Assembly: GCA_963691875.1 (NCBI GenBank)
Contig: OY829846.1
Span: 2,368,001-2,432,000, forward strand
Origin: Aureliella sp.
Lineage (GTDB): Bacteria; Planctomycetota; Planctomycetia; Pirellulales; Pirellulaceae
Length of the DNA: 64,000 bases
Reading direction: 5' to 3'
The notes beneath the pieces are model-generated. The model saw nothing but the letters and a program-made list of their open reading frames with translations, was not told the origin of the DNA and did not search any database. The translations under genes were made by a program, and so were the position numbers. Shown in pieces: positions 52,490 through 63,290 of the stretch (its first letter is position 1; each line of letters opens with the position of its first letter).

Positions 52490-53857
52490 CTAGTGCGGCT
52501 CAGCGTCAATACTCGCAACGTGCTTTTCCATGAGGGCCTGCAGACGCTTGACGACTTCAGGGTGTTCCTTGGCAACGTTTTTCGTTTCACCTATGTCTTG
52601 TTTCATATCAGCCAAGAATAGCTTGTCGACCTGAACCGGCTTTCTGCGGTCGGTCGTATCACGCACATTTCCAAGCAGCTTCCAGTTTCCTTGATGCACG
52701 GCCCACTGCGCATTCTTGCCTTTTCCCAGAAGCCAAAAGAAATTGTCGTGCGGACTCTCGGTCGCAGCATCCTGAATGACACTGAGCAAACTTCTACCAT
52801 CGTAGGTTTTCCCTGGCAAGTTGACTCCACAAATTTCGGCAATCGTTGGAAACCAGTCGCAACCGGTCGCCATCTGATCTCGCACTTCGCCTTCCGGCAA
52901 AGTCCCCGGCATAGAAACAATGGAAGGAATCCGAATGCCGCCTTCGAATAAACTTGCTTTAGCGCCTCGATAAGGTCCAGCATTGCCGCCGCCCCAGAAG
53001 GCTCGCTCTTCCGTTGAGTGTCCGTGATCGGATTGATAGATGATCAAAGTATCCTCACGAAGCCCTAATCGTTCGAGGCTTGCCACGATCTCGCCGACCT
53101 TCTCATCGACGGTCGAAACAAATTCGGCGTATTGGCGGCGAGGCGATTCGAGATCGCGGTAGTGCTCTCGCCATTTGGCGGTTCCTTGCATCGGATAATG
53201 CGGCGCATTGATGGCGAAATAGAGCAGAAAGGGTTTGTTGCGGTTCGCTTCGAAGAACTTATTGCCCTCGTCGACCATCATGTCGAGGAAGAACTCACCG
53301 TCTCGGAAAATCTCTTTGCCGTCCCGCCACAAGTCGTGTCGATTGGGACCTTGCCAGTAGAAAAAGTGCGAGTAGTTGTCGATGCAGCCTCCCATGTGAC
53401 CAAACGAGTTATCGAAGCCTTGGCCGTTGGGCATCGTTTCCGGCGTGTAGCCAAGATGCCATTTGCCGACATGTCCAGTCGCGTAGCCTTCGCTTTTCAG
53501 CAGCTCTGCAATCGTAATCTCGGAAGTCGGCATGCCAGCGACGCCTTCTTGGCTCGAAACGTTGCCCGGCACGCCTGCTCGCGCTGGAAAACGTCCCGTC
53601 AAAAATCCGGCTCGTGAAGCCGAGCAAATGGCTGATGGGGAATACATTTGGGTGAATCGAACGCCTTGCGAAGCCAAGCGATCCAGATGTGGCGTGTGGA
53701 GATCTTTGGAGCCATAGCAATTGAGATCCAAACTCCCTTGATCGTCTGCATAAATCAGCACGATGTTTGGCAGTTTACTTGGCTCGTTCGCGGCTGAATG
53801 GACTACCGAAATTGCGGCGAGCGTGCAGGCAAGGATAGTTCGAGTGCGAGGAATCAC
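52490..53857 (-). CDS. Secreted sulfatase (S1)
   Basis: Signal peptide; PNIVLIYADDQG, CSASRAGFLTG, GKWHLG, SDHG. Confidence 0.95.
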   Translation of the reverse strand: MIPRTRTILACTLAAISVVHSAANEPSKLPNIVLIYADDQGSLDLNCYGSKDLHTPHLDRLASQGVRFTQMYSPSAICSASRAGFLTGRFPARAGVPGNVSSQEGVAGMPTSEITIAELLKSEGYATGHVGKWHLGYTPETMPNGQGFDNSFGHMGGCIDNYSHFFYWQGPNRHDLWRDGKEIFRDGEFFLDMMVDEGNKFFEANRNKPFLLYFAINAPHYPMQGTAKWREHYRDLESPRRQYAEFVSTVDEKVGEIVASLERLGLREDTLIIYQSDHGHSTEERAFWGGGNAGPYRGAKASLFEGGIRIPSIVSMPGTLPEGEVRDQMATGCDWFPTIAEICGVNLPGKTYDGRSLLSVIQDAATESPHDNFFWLLGKGKNAQWAVHQGNWKLLGNVRDTTDRRKPVQVDKLFLADMKQDIGETKNVAKEHPEVVKRLQALMEKHVASIDAEPH

Positions 53858-54016
53858 TTGAAGAGCTCTTGGCTAGAGGTCTGAGGTGGGAAGACTAACA
53901 TCATAGCATGCCACTTTCGGATAAGCCTTAAGGTGCGCAGCCCTGCTACGGCTGCCTTGCCAGTCGATCGTAGCGTGGTAACAGCGCTGCGCTCGCTACG
54001 GCCGACTTTCATGAAG

Positions 54017-56668
54017 TTAATGCGTGTGCGCGTCTTCGTCAGCTCGCTCTCCAAGCGGACTGGAAGGCACATTTACAGTTGGTCCAAGCAAAATTGCATT
54101 GGTTAGAAACCGCTCTGCGCTTCGAACATAACCACGGAACACCGGGTTATCTGCGATGCATATGATGCGTCCCACCCCGACATTCTGAACCCAAACAGCA
54201 GGTGTGCCTCGCAAATGCTCCCGATTTCGCTGACTGACATATCCAGCGATAACGCCCTCGTAGCGGGCAACAACTGAGTAAGGATTGCTGGGCGTCTCAA
54301 ATTTCATACTGTGATCTTTGAAAAGCGGGATCGTAGCGTTTGGAAATCCAAAAGCGACAGGATTCGTAAGATCGGCCTTCGAGCGGAAGAACACGCCAGC
54401 GACGGTCTCCAGTGCTCGAGCGCGGCGAGCATCGCCAAACTTGAGTGTTGGTCGCTTGCTACCGGACGCATGATTATTTTCTTGCTCCAATTCGTGCTCG
54501 TGCGTAAGCAACTCTTCTCGCTCTAGCCAACGAATCGCAGAAGCGATAGCGATCACGGTTCCGCCCGAGCTCAAGTAGTCCTTGAGGCTAGATGCTTCTC
54601 GACGCCCCCAGTTTCCGTAGGTGCCGGAGGGCAAAATGACAGTGCTGTACTCACGTAAATCGACTTGTACAAGTCGATCATCTTCCACCAAAGTCGCGGC
54701 CATGCGAAGTCGCGTGTCAAGATAATGCCAGAGTGCACCGGAAGAGTAAGAACGTGTTCCCGACCCGACAACCAGTAGCGGTTTGGCGGTCGGGAGTTCG
54801 ACAAGCGTATTGCTGCCCAGGTCAGGTCCAACCGGCGTGATACCGCTCGCCACTGCTGCTACTTCTATACCACTGGTTGCTGCCTGTTTACGCAGAATAG
54901 CAGATAGTTTCGACCAATGATTTTCGTTCGGCTGCTTGAGCAAAACGAACGAACCCCGTGGCCACGTATTGACCTCCTTTTCGCCAACCGCCTTTATCGT
55001 CATCGGTTCCATCGCGACACGAATGTGTCCTCCGCTTCTCTGCAGGCTTGCAACAAGGCGAGGGGCCTCGAGTTCGACGGGAGAAAACACGTAGCCGATC
55101 AAACTATCATTTGTACCTTCGTCCAGTTCTACCGCTTGGGGCTTTGCTTGTTGCCAGGACCAAGCATCTTGAGTCCACGCATCGGGCAGATCCGACTCCC
55201 AGCGATGCATTTCCAAGTCAAAGGCACTTGGAACATGCCAGGCCGACACATCGTAGAAGATGTTTTCCCTGAAGTTCTGAAGTGGCTCCATCAGTGACTG
55301 CAAGAAGATGGTTTCAGATTGCGCGATGGGCAAGACCAGGATCTGATCTGCATGGTGTTGCTTTCCATCTAAACGCACGCCGACCGTTGGCTGATAGCCT
55401 ACAATCTGATGCCGACGCAGTAGTCGTGCTGCAGCCTGAATGCGACTCGTGGTACCCGTCAGAATGTAGGCCTGGATATCGCTCTTCTCAGCTTGCTGGA
55501 GGCTGTTGTTGTAGAAGTCTCTTTGATATTGCAACAACGCTTGCTTGTGTTGGTTTGCGGCCGTAAGACTAGAGAGGCTGGTGCGAAGTTGATTCGCAAC
55601 GGTATCTTCGAAGTGCCGGTCAGTGCGTGCGTTCTTCAGTCGCAACCCGCGTGTACTACCTTGTTCGAATAGAATTCCAATCGCTCCGTGCAAGTCGGGA
55701 TAAGTACTGCCTTTGCCTGGATAGAAGTCGTCAAATCTCTCCTCGGTGTAATACAGCTCTCCCGCTGCATCCATTGTGGCAGAATGTTCCTTGGCAAAAA
55801 GCCGTGTGAGCTGCAAATTCTTTGAGGGGCTGAGTGGATTGCTGCGTGCTGGGATTCCGGGCTGGAAGAAGTAACTTGAGGTTCCTGACATTTCGTGATA
55901 ATCGAGTACCACGTTGGGCTTCCACTTGTGGAACAGCGCGATGCGTCCTTGGCTCTCGGGATGAACCAGAGGTAGCCAGTCTCGGTTTAGGTCGAACCAG
56001 TAGTAGTTGGTGCGTCCGCCAGGCCAAGGCTGATTATGCTCGCGATCTGCACTCGAGGCGGAAGCAAATTTCCCGCGGTTCTCGTTCGACCAATTGGCGA
56101 ACCGATCTGCTCCATCAGGATTGAGTGCTGGGTCGACCAGGTAGACTCCGTTTTCGAGCCAACCGGCCACTTCCGCAGACTTCGACGATGCGAGATGGTA
56201 GGCCACGAGTGGAGTTGCGTTCATGGCACTCGCCTCGTCTCCGTGCACACAGTAGCCCATGTACATGACGAGCAGTTCTTCGCTTAGGTCCGCTTGGTAG
56301 CGGCCCGAAGTCAAACGCCGGCGCTTGGATTGGATTTTGTCTAGTTGTTCGATATTTGCAGGGCTAGAGATAGCTGCGACCATCAGTGGGCGTTGTCCGT
56401 GGGACTTCGCGTAGTCAATGACTTGCACTCGCGGCGAAGCCGCTTCCAGGTATCGGAGATAGTCAACAACTTGATCGTGTCTGAGATGTCGCGACCCAAC
56501 CTCGAAGCCGAAAAACTTCGCCGGAGACTGGATGGACGGATCACGCGCGTGGGCGGGCAGGACTTCGGTGGGATCCTCAGCTCGGCCTCGGACAGGTGCG
56601 AATGAAATAGTTACCAGAACGGCAGCAAAAGAAGGCAGCAGATTTGTCGCGCGCATGATAGCCAACAT
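54017..56668 (-). CDS. Secreted M14 family zinc carboxypeptidase with C-terminal class I GATase-like domain
   Basis: HGDE and DYHE zinc ligands, NPDG..RF, R.N.YWFDLNRDW; ATG at 56668 preceded by GGAG. Confidence 0.9.
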   Translation of the reverse strand: MLAIMRATNLLPSFAAVLVTISFAPVRGRAEDPTEVLPAHARDPSIQSPAKFFGFEVGSRHLRHDQVVDYLRYLEAASPRVQVIDYAKSHGQRPLMVAAISSPANIEQLDKIQSKRRRLTSGRYQADLSEELLVMYMGYCVHGDEASAMNATPLVAYHLASSKSAEVAGWLENGVYLVDPALNPDGADRFANWSNENRGKFASASSADREHNQPWPGGRTNYYWFDLNRDWLPLVHPESQGRIALFHKWKPNVVLDYHEMSGTSSYFFQPGIPARSNPLSPSKNLQLTRLFAKEHSATMDAAGELYYTEERFDDFYPGKGSTYPDLHGAIGILFEQGSTRGLRLKNARTDRHFEDTVANQLRTSLSSLTAANQHKQALLQYQRDFYNNSLQQAEKSDIQAYILTGTTSRIQAAARLLRRHQIVGYQPTVGVRLDGKQHHADQILVLPIAQSETIFLQSLMEPLQNFRENIFYDVSAWHVPSAFDLEMHRWESDLPDAWTQDAWSWQQAKPQAVELDEGTNDSLIGYVFSPVELEAPRLVASLQRSGGHIRVAMEPMTIKAVGEKEVNTWPRGSFVLLKQPNENHWSKLSAILRKQAATSGIEVAAVASGITPVGPDLGSNTLVELPTAKPLLVVGSGTRSYSSGALWHYLDTRLRMAATLVEDDRLVQVDLREYSTVILPSGTYGNWGRREASSLKDYLSSGGTVIAIASAIRWLEREELLTHEHELEQENNHASGSKRPTLKFGDARRARALETVAGVFFRSKADLTNPVAFGFPNATIPLFKDHSMKFETPSNPYSVVARYEGVIAGYVSQRNREHLRGTPAVWVQNVGVGRIICIADNPVFRGYVRSAERFLTNAILLGPTVNVPSSPLGERADEDAHTH

Positions 56669-56809
56669 TGCGGCTCCGAAGATAGGACATCTTGAGGCGG
56701 CACGCGAGACACGACGTCTCGCTGCCTGAATACACAAGGATAGTCCATCGAAAGAGCAGTGTTCCGAAACTCGAACTCAGCCACTAAGAAGCGTTAGCTG
56801 TTCCGCGAT

Positions 56810-57073
56810 TCAAAACGTCGTGTCAAGTAATTCGTCGAGCGAGCGACGGATGTCGGCTTTGTTTGGCCAGTGTCGCCGCGAAAGCCACGAGCCGGTCGCG
56901 TACCGCCGAAGCTCTCTTGTTGAAATAATGGCCGAAGCGTCAATCAAAAACCGCTCGATGGCAGCGGTGAAAGGTGCTCGCTTCCAACGCCAAGGACTGT
57001 GGGCAGGGTTGGAGGAGTAGAGCAGGTTGAGGAGCTGCTCGAATTCCATAAACACTTGTTCGCGGCTACCCAT
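56810..57073 (-). CDS. Possible small hypothetical protein
   Basis: 87-aa ATG-initiated ORF co-oriented with the M14 gene; no recognisable motif. Confidence 0.3.
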   Translation of the reverse strand: MGSREQVFMEFEQLLNLLYSSNPAHSPWRWKRAPFTAAIERFLIDASAIISTRELRRYATGSWLSRRHWPNKADIRRSLDELLDTTF

Positions 57074-57437
57074 TGTCCTTGCTGCGCGAGTGCGATTTTA
57101 AAAATCTCGAAACTCAAGCTGGCACGATACAGAAAAATATTCTGTCTTCGGAAACGCTTGTTTTCACAGAATGGGCTAAACCAACCGATCAAGGAAAAGT
57201 TGCGGTTCCCAAACCACAGGTGGCTAACGGGCCTTTTTGCGAAGCCCAGCACAGCCAAAACCTGCATGCCGAACCAATCCTTTTTTGGCTACAATGGAAT
57301 CTTCAGGCTTAGGCGATCGGCAGTAGAGCTTCTAGCACTGACAAGTATTTTCTCGTAAGGGAATACTGCATGAAAACGAACTTGGGCAGGCCGATTCTGA
57401 CTCGCCTTCCGCCTCAACCGCGATCCCGGTGAAACAG

Positions 57438-58037
57438 ATGATCTTAGTTCTCGATAATTACGATTCATTCACATACAACCTTGTCCAACGACTTGGGGAG
57501 ATTGATGCGAATGTTGACATTCGCGTTGAACGGAATGACAAGATCTCCGTTGCTGAGATTCACGATTTGCAGCCAGACCGCATCCTGATTTCGCCTGGTC
57601 CCTGCACTCCAAGCGAAGCCGGCATCAGCGTCCAAATTGTAGAGCAACTGGCTGGAAAGATTCCGATCCTTGGGGTCTGCCTTGGACATCAATCAATTGG
57701 CCAGGCGCTCGGTGCGGACGTGGTTCGCGCCCCGCTTTTGATGCACGGCAAAACAGATCAGATTTCACATGACAACAAGGGATTCTTTGAGAATCTCCCC
57801 AATCCCTTTACGGCGACGCGTTATCATTCACTTGTGATCCAGCCTGATTCGCTGCCCTCGTGCTTGGAAGTGGCGGCGTGGGTCGACGAACCTGACGGCT
57901 CACGTCAAATAATGGCCATTCGCCACAAGGAAAAGCCCTTGGTTGGTTGGCAATTCCACCCGGAGAGCTTCTTGACTGAGCCAGGGATCGAATTGCTCAC
58001 CCGATTCCTGTCCTGGAATACGGCGGCGGTCTCTTAG
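57438..58037 (+). CDS. trpG: Anthranilate/aminodeoxychorismate synthase component II (glutamine amidotransferase, TrpG/PabA)
   Basis: DNYDSFTYNL, ISPGPCTP, GVCLGHQ, RYHSL, QFHPES. Confidence 0.92.
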   Translation: MILVLDNYDSFTYNLVQRLGEIDANVDIRVERNDKISVAEIHDLQPDRILISPGPCTPSEAGISVQIVEQLAGKIPILGVCLGHQSIGQALGADVVRAPLLMHGKTDQISHDNKGFFENLPNPFTATRYHSLVIQPDSLPSCLEVAAWVDEPDGSRQIMAIRHKEKPLVGWQFHPESFLTEPGIELLTRFLSWNTAAVS

Positions 58038-58104
58038 CCGAGCTTCCTACTCCTCGCGATTCACTCAGCAATTGCCCCAAAAATCAGTGAAGGTTCCCAG
58101 CTAG

Positions 58105-59619
58105 ATGTACTGCGTCACCATCGGAAGAAGTCGTCATAAGGCCATGATCGCCGAGCATCAGCACTTGGCCGAGAATGGCGCCGACGTAGTCGAACTGCGT
58201 CTGGACTACATTGGTCGCAGCATCAATTTGAAGCGTTTATTGGCCGAGCGACCTTGCCCAGTAGTAATTACTTGCCGGCGTCGCGAAGACGGTGGTCGCT
58301 GGGATAAGACGGAAGAAGAACGCCTTGTGATCCTCCGGACCGCAATTGCTGCTGGCGTCGATTTCGTGGACCTAGAAGAGGACATCGCTGACAAGATTCC
58401 ACGTTATGGTTCCACCAAGCGCATCGTCAGTTTCCACAACTTCGACGAGACGCCAGACGACCTAGAAGGGATTCACAAGCGACTCGCGGCGCTTGATGCA
58501 GATGTCGTGAAAATAGCGACTATGGCCAACTCCTTCACCGATTCCATTCGGATGCTGCGTCTAGCAGAAAAAGTAGATGTGCCGACGATTGCGATATGCA
58601 TGGGGGATCTTGGACACATCACCAGAGTAATGGCCCTCAAGAACGGAGCACCTTTCACTTACACCGTTTCCAGTTCTGGGCGCAAGATTGCCCCCGGACA
58701 AATTAAAGTGGACGATATGATCAAGTACTATCGTCCGAAAGAGATAGACGACAAAACTCAGCTGTTTGGTGTTGTTGCCGATCCAGTCGCACATTCGCTG
58801 AGTCCTCAGCTTCACAATGCCGCATTCCAAGATGCAGAGCTCAACTGCCGCTACTTGCCTTTTCGGATTCCGCCAGATGAATTGCCGTTGTTCTTGCAGT
58901 GGTGCAAGGAAACAGAGGTTACGGGCTTGAGTGTGACGATCCCGCACAAAGAGACGATGCTGGCATTGATGGATGAGGTCGAATCTGGCGCGAAAGGAAT
59001 CGGCGCGATCAACACCGTTGCGATTCGCGGCATGAATGGCGCTGGTTACAACACGGATTATCGCTCCGCAATGGACTGTCTTGAAGAAGCTCTGAAAACG
59101 CAGAGAACCATTGGCAATGTAAATGAAGGCTTGCGAGAAGAAGACCTGTTTCGCGGTCGAGGTGCATTGATTTTGGGCGCTGGCGGCGCAGCTCGAGCAA
59201 TAGCCTTTGGCCTACGACAGCGCGGAGCCCTGGTCACGATCGCGAGCCGCACTGAAGAACGCTCCAAAAAGCTGGCCTCGGATATCGGTGGACGCTTTCT
59301 GGCTTGGAATGCACGTTACGACACGAAGCCGGGTATTTTGGTGAACTGCACTCCAATAGGAATGCACCCCGACATTGATAGCTCGCCGTACGACGAAGAG
59401 AAACTGCACGAGGAAATGATCGTCTTCGATACGGTTTACAACCCTGAGAAGACGGTACTAGTCAAAAAAGCCAAGGAAGCAGGCTGCTTCGTCATCAACG
59501 GCTTGGACATGTTTGTGCGTCAAGCCGCCTATCAATTCAAGCTTTTCACCGGCATCGAACCAAACGTTAAGCTCATGCGGAAAGTGGTGAAGGATATTAC
59601 TTCACCGTATCGTGCTTAG
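58105..59619 (+). CDS. aroDE: Bifunctional type I 3-dehydroquinate dehydratase / shikimate dehydrogenase (AroD-AroE fusion)
   Basis: ELRLD, S.HNF..TP, VKIA; then HSLSP..HN, SVTIPHK, GAINT, NTD, GAGGAARA. Confidence 0.93.
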   Translation: MYCVTIGRSRHKAMIAEHQHLAENGADVVELRLDYIGRSINLKRLLAERPCPVVITCRRREDGGRWDKTEEERLVILRTAIAAGVDFVDLEEDIADKIPRYGSTKRIVSFHNFDETPDDLEGIHKRLAALDADVVKIATMANSFTDSIRMLRLAEKVDVPTIAICMGDLGHITRVMALKNGAPFTYTVSSSGRKIAPGQIKVDDMIKYYRPKEIDDKTQLFGVVADPVAHSLSPQLHNAAFQDAELNCRYLPFRIPPDELPLFLQWCKETEVTGLSVTIPHKETMLALMDEVESGAKGIGAINTVAIRGMNGAGYNTDYRSAMDCLEEALKTQRTIGNVNEGLREEDLFRGRGALILGAGGAARAIAFGLRQRGALVTIASRTEERSKKLASDIGGRFLAWNARYDTKPGILVNCTPIGMHPDIDSSPYDEEKLHEEMIVFDTVYNPEKTVLVKKAKEAGCFVINGLDMFVRQAAYQFKLFTGIEPNVKLMRKVVKDITSPYRA

Positions 59620-59655
59620 CTGGTAACGATTGGCATAGCAGAGGCAACCTGATCG

Positions 59656-60768
59656 CTACTTCTTGGGCGGTGGGAGTGTCACGCCCCAGACTGGCCCCTT
59701 TGTGTTGTTTCTAGGAATCGGATGTTTCTTCGCCGATTCGCGAGCTTCGTTGCTTGCGCTTACCAATCGATAAGTGCCCATGTTGGCGGCTGCGATCGCT
59801 TTCAGCTGTTTCTCGCCTTTTCCATCCACTTCCATACCAAGCGTGTTGATGGGGACGATCCGTTGGTGTGGTTTGGTCAAGACTTGCGCGGTCTTATCGG
59901 TGAAGGCACCATCACCCAGGATGTAAATCACATCCGGCCTCAAGGAGAGTGCCTTTGCTACCGCTTCTTCTCCCTTCGTCTTCAGGCACATCTGGACCGA
60001 GTACAACCAGGCCCGAAGCTTTTCTTTGTTGCGCGAAGTTGCTTTGACGAAACCTCCGGCGGGCCTCGGATGAAACATCTCGTAAGCAGTGTCGCTGAAG
60101 AAGATGACGTAGAAATACTTCTTGGAGTTCATTTCGTCGACAGTCGCCATCAACTCTGTCAGGGCAGTCTCTAAACGACCTCGAGTCATGCTGTTCGAGT
60201 TGTCGACAACGAACACAAACTTGTCGCCCTCCGACTTGGCGCCAAAGAAGGTTGCTCCACTGAGGCCATTGCCCATCGCCGCCACCGCATCACTGGCACC
60301 AACCAGAGAACCGATTTCCGGCATCGATGCCGTAGGCATTACGAAATCCATGGCAGGATCGACAGCCACCTCGAGCGAGCCCAACACATCAGCAGCTTGC
60401 ATTTCCTCCGCCGCGAAAGCTTCACTCTGTGGTAAGTCGTCTTCCAGTGCTTCCTCGTCGATTTCTGCCAACACCTCAACTTCTGTCACTTCCGCCTTCG
60501 CAGCGCTGAGCCCAATCGACTCACTTTCGGTAGCTAGGTTTGCAACGGTGACAGCAGAAAGAACCACAACACCAACGCTGTGACACAATAGGCTGATTAA
60601 CCAAGCAGGCAGTGTGTTGGTCAAAAGCTGGCGAAAAGACAGTTCTTCCTCAGAATCCGCCGCATCGGTCTGTTCCGCTACCAGAGGCTGAGCCAATGTC
60701 GCTTCCTCATCATCGGCCAGCACGGCGACGAGTTTGCCGGAAATGGGTTGTTCAGGCGCTCGACTCAT
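59656..60768 (-). CDS. Membrane-anchored von Willebrand factor A domain protein
   Basis: PAWLISLLCH transmembrane segment, acidic linker, FFG...VFVVDNSNSM MIDAS motif, LGDG. Confidence 0.85.
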   Translation of the reverse strand: MSRAPEQPISGKLVAVLADDEEATLAQPLVAEQTDAADSEEELSFRQLLTNTLPAWLISLLCHSVGVVVLSAVTVANLATESESIGLSAAKAEVTEVEVLAEIDEEALEDDLPQSEAFAAEEMQAADVLGSLEVAVDPAMDFVMPTASMPEIGSLVGASDAVAAMGNGLSGATFFGAKSEGDKFVFVVDNSNSMTRGRLETALTELMATVDEMNSKKYFYVIFFSDTAYEMFHPRPAGGFVKATSRNKEKLRAWLYSVQMCLKTKGEEAVAKALSLRPDVIYILGDGAFTDKTAQVLTKPHQRIVPINTLGMEVDGKGEKQLKAIAAANMGTYRLVSASNEARESAKKHPIPRNNTKGPVWGVTLPPPKK

Positions 60769-60990
60769 ACCACTCTTCTCGCTTTTGTTTTGCACAGAAA
60801 AGATCTGAATATCTTCTTCAAGAAGATGCGGTGGGGAGAAGTACCTATTTTAGAGCGAAACCACCCAGAGGCTGTATACAGGATTCCAAGTAATTTCGTT
60901 GAATGCCCCGACCGTCACTCTTAAAATGACAGTCTCAACCAATTTTCAACCAAGTTGGGCACACGCCCCTCAGTAATTTCCGCTTTCTTT

Positions 60991-62268
60991 TCAAGAAGCC
61001 AGGAGTTTTTCCAGGTATGCTTTGAAACCCTGCATGCACGGAGGTGCTTCCGGGCCGACAATGGCCGCGCCGTGCTCTGGCGCAGGACGTAAGCCGTGAC
61101 TGCCGCGAACCAGCGATGGATCCAGCGGCACCACATCCATTTTGTAACGCATACCCAGCTTCTTTTGAGCCAGTCGCAAGCCTGCGCGAGCCAGCGATGT
61201 CATAAACAGCTCACAGGGATCGTAGCCCGGCTTACGGTGAATATCTACAGTGCGAGCAAAGTCCGGTGCTCGCTCGTCGTTTAACCAGTAATAATAGCAG
61301 AACCAAGCGTCTTCTTCCGACAACGCAATGAGTTCACCTGAACGGTCATGATCCAGTTCCAATTCGCTGGGCTCCAAAACCGCAGCAATGCCATCAATGG
61401 ATTCCAGCAGTTTCTTCACCGCGTCTTTGACGTTTGGATCGTTGACATAAACGTGAGCTAGTTGATGGTCGACGACAGCAAATGCCTTCGAGTCCATAGG
61501 CATCAGCGTTTCACCAAACGGCCCATCGCGCACTTCGAGAAATCCGGCCTCGCGTAACACTCGATTGATCAGGACAGGTTTCGCGACTGGCACCAAGCCA
61601 TACTCGGAAACGACGATTGGCTGTGCTCCGATCTCTCGGGCGGCCTCGATTACGACTTGGGCACAGCGATCAACTTCAGCAACTCGCTCGGGATCATGCT
61701 GCTTGAATCGCTGGTAGTCGTAGTCCAAGTGCGGTAAATAGACGAGGCTCAACTTAGGCTGATGCTTGCGAATCACCGTGGCGCTGGCATTGGCAATCCA
61801 TTCGGTAGCTTGCAGTCCTGCTTTCGGCCCCCAGAACGCGAAAAATGGAAAATCACCATGTTGCTCGGTCAATTTACACTCAGTCTTGTCGAGAATCCCA
61901 AATGCTTTGGAACCATCACATCCATAGTAAGGCTTGGGGGTCGCGAACCATCGCACCGGAGCACCTTGGTTAAACCACCAAAACATTTTGGCAGTTTCTA
62001 CTTTTTCATAGATTTTCTCACCTTGTACTAGTCGATTCGACTGTTGCCAGAATCGAATCTCACCGGTGTCGCGAAAGTACCAGCCGTTGCCAACGATGCC
62101 ATGATCTCTGGGAGCCAACCCGGTCAGCATCGTTGCTTGTGACGTGCACGTGACAGCCGGGTACGGGCTGGTGAAAGGCTGAACTTGACCGCAAGCGGAG
62201 ATGTTGGGGGAGTGTTTTGCTAGTGCTGGAGTGAGTCCGACCGCATTGATCACACATACCTTGCTCAT
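60991..62268 (-). CDS. Alkaline phosphatase / nucleotide pyrophosphatase family protein (EboF-like)
   Basis: PAVTC..QAT.LTG..P.DHGIVGNGWYFRD, YLPHLDY, DIHRKPGYDP.ELF, GSHG. Confidence 0.85.
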   Translation of the reverse strand: MSKVCVINAVGLTPALAKHSPNISACGQVQPFTSPYPAVTCTSQATMLTGLAPRDHGIVGNGWYFRDTGEIRFWQQSNRLVQGEKIYEKVETAKMFWWFNQGAPVRWFATPKPYYGCDGSKAFGILDKTECKLTEQHGDFPFFAFWGPKAGLQATEWIANASATVIRKHQPKLSLVYLPHLDYDYQRFKQHDPERVAEVDRCAQVVIEAAREIGAQPIVVSEYGLVPVAKPVLINRVLREAGFLEVRDGPFGETLMPMDSKAFAVVDHQLAHVYVNDPNVKDAVKKLLESIDGIAAVLEPSELELDHDRSGELIALSEEDAWFCYYYWLNDERAPDFARTVDIHRKPGYDPCELFMTSLARAGLRLAQKKLGMRYKMDVVPLDPSLVRGSHGLRPAPEHGAAIVGPEAPPCMQGFKAYLEKLLAS

Positions 62269-62319
62269 ACAATTGGTCTCTGCCCGCCGTCCGAGTTCGA
62301 AGTACTAAAGTCGAGAGTC

Positions 62320-63162
62320 ATGAAGATAGTCGAAAGTCCCCACGAAGCCTACGCACATGTGGATCATTGGCGTCGGGAAGGCCTGAGTATAGGACTGGTC
62401 CCTACGATGGGTGCCTTGCATGCAGGGCATTTTTCGTTGTTTCGTCGCAGCACCCAAGAGTGCGATATCACAGCAGCGTCAATTTTCGTAAATCCAACTC
62501 AGTTTAGTCCTGAGGAAGATTTGTCCCGCTATCCACGGACACTTGAGGACGACCTCGCTGGGCTACGCGAATTGGGTTGTGATTTGGTCTTCGTTCCGCA
62601 GCCGCAGCACGTATACCCGGAGGGCTTTTCTACCTACGTATCCCCACCGTCGACAGCGAAGTCGCTGGAAGGAACATTTCGTCCCGACCATTTTCGTGGC
62701 GTCACGACCGTGGTGATCAAGCTGTTTCAGATCCTCCCCGCAAGCATCGCGTACTTTGGACAAAAAGACTTCCAACAGCTGGCTGTGATCAAAAAGATGG
62801 TCGAGGATCTCAACGTGCCGATACGCGTTGTAGGTTGCGCCACCATCCGCGAGGAAGATGGCTTGGCCCTGAGTAGTCGCAATCGCTACTTGTCGGCGGG
62901 AGAGCGTGAGCGTGCACTGTGCCTTTCAAGGGCACTAAATCAGGTACACTCCCTCGTCTCCCAAGGCCTATCGCAAGTTAACCAACTGGAGCAAGAGATG
63001 CATCGAATTTTGAAGCCGGCCACTGACTCGATCGACTACGCTTCCATCGTGGATCGTGAAACACTTGACCCGATGGTCGAAATTGACCGCCCAGCGGTGG
63101 CTCTCATTGCTGCGTATGTTGGCAAGACTCGACTGATCGACAATCGTTTGATTGGTGAGTAG
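62320..63162 (+). CDS. panC: Pantoate--beta-alanine ligase
   Basis: VPTMGALHAGH, SIFVNPTQF, RPDHFRGV, FGQKDFQQ, GLALSSRN, RLIDN. Confidence 0.98.
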   Translation: MKIVESPHEAYAHVDHWRREGLSIGLVPTMGALHAGHFSLFRRSTQECDITAASIFVNPTQFSPEEDLSRYPRTLEDDLAGLRELGCDLVFVPQPQHVYPEGFSTYVSPPSTAKSLEGTFRPDHFRGVTTVVIKLFQILPASIAYFGQKDFQQLAVIKKMVEDLNVPIRVVGCATIREEDGLALSSRNRYLSAGERERALCLSRALNQVHSLVSQGLSQVNQLEQEMHRILKPATDSIDYASIVDRETLDPMVEIDRPAVALIAAYVGKTRLIDNRLIGE

Positions 63163-63290
63163 TCAGAAAAAGCTTGTCTAATCTTCCTTCATTGCCCCAT
63201 TGAAGTGAGTCGTGCGTTTTCATCTCGGCGCTTTGGCAACATTGGCCGGTTCTTCAGTTCGTAGTTCCGCATTGGTGGGGAATGGCCGCA

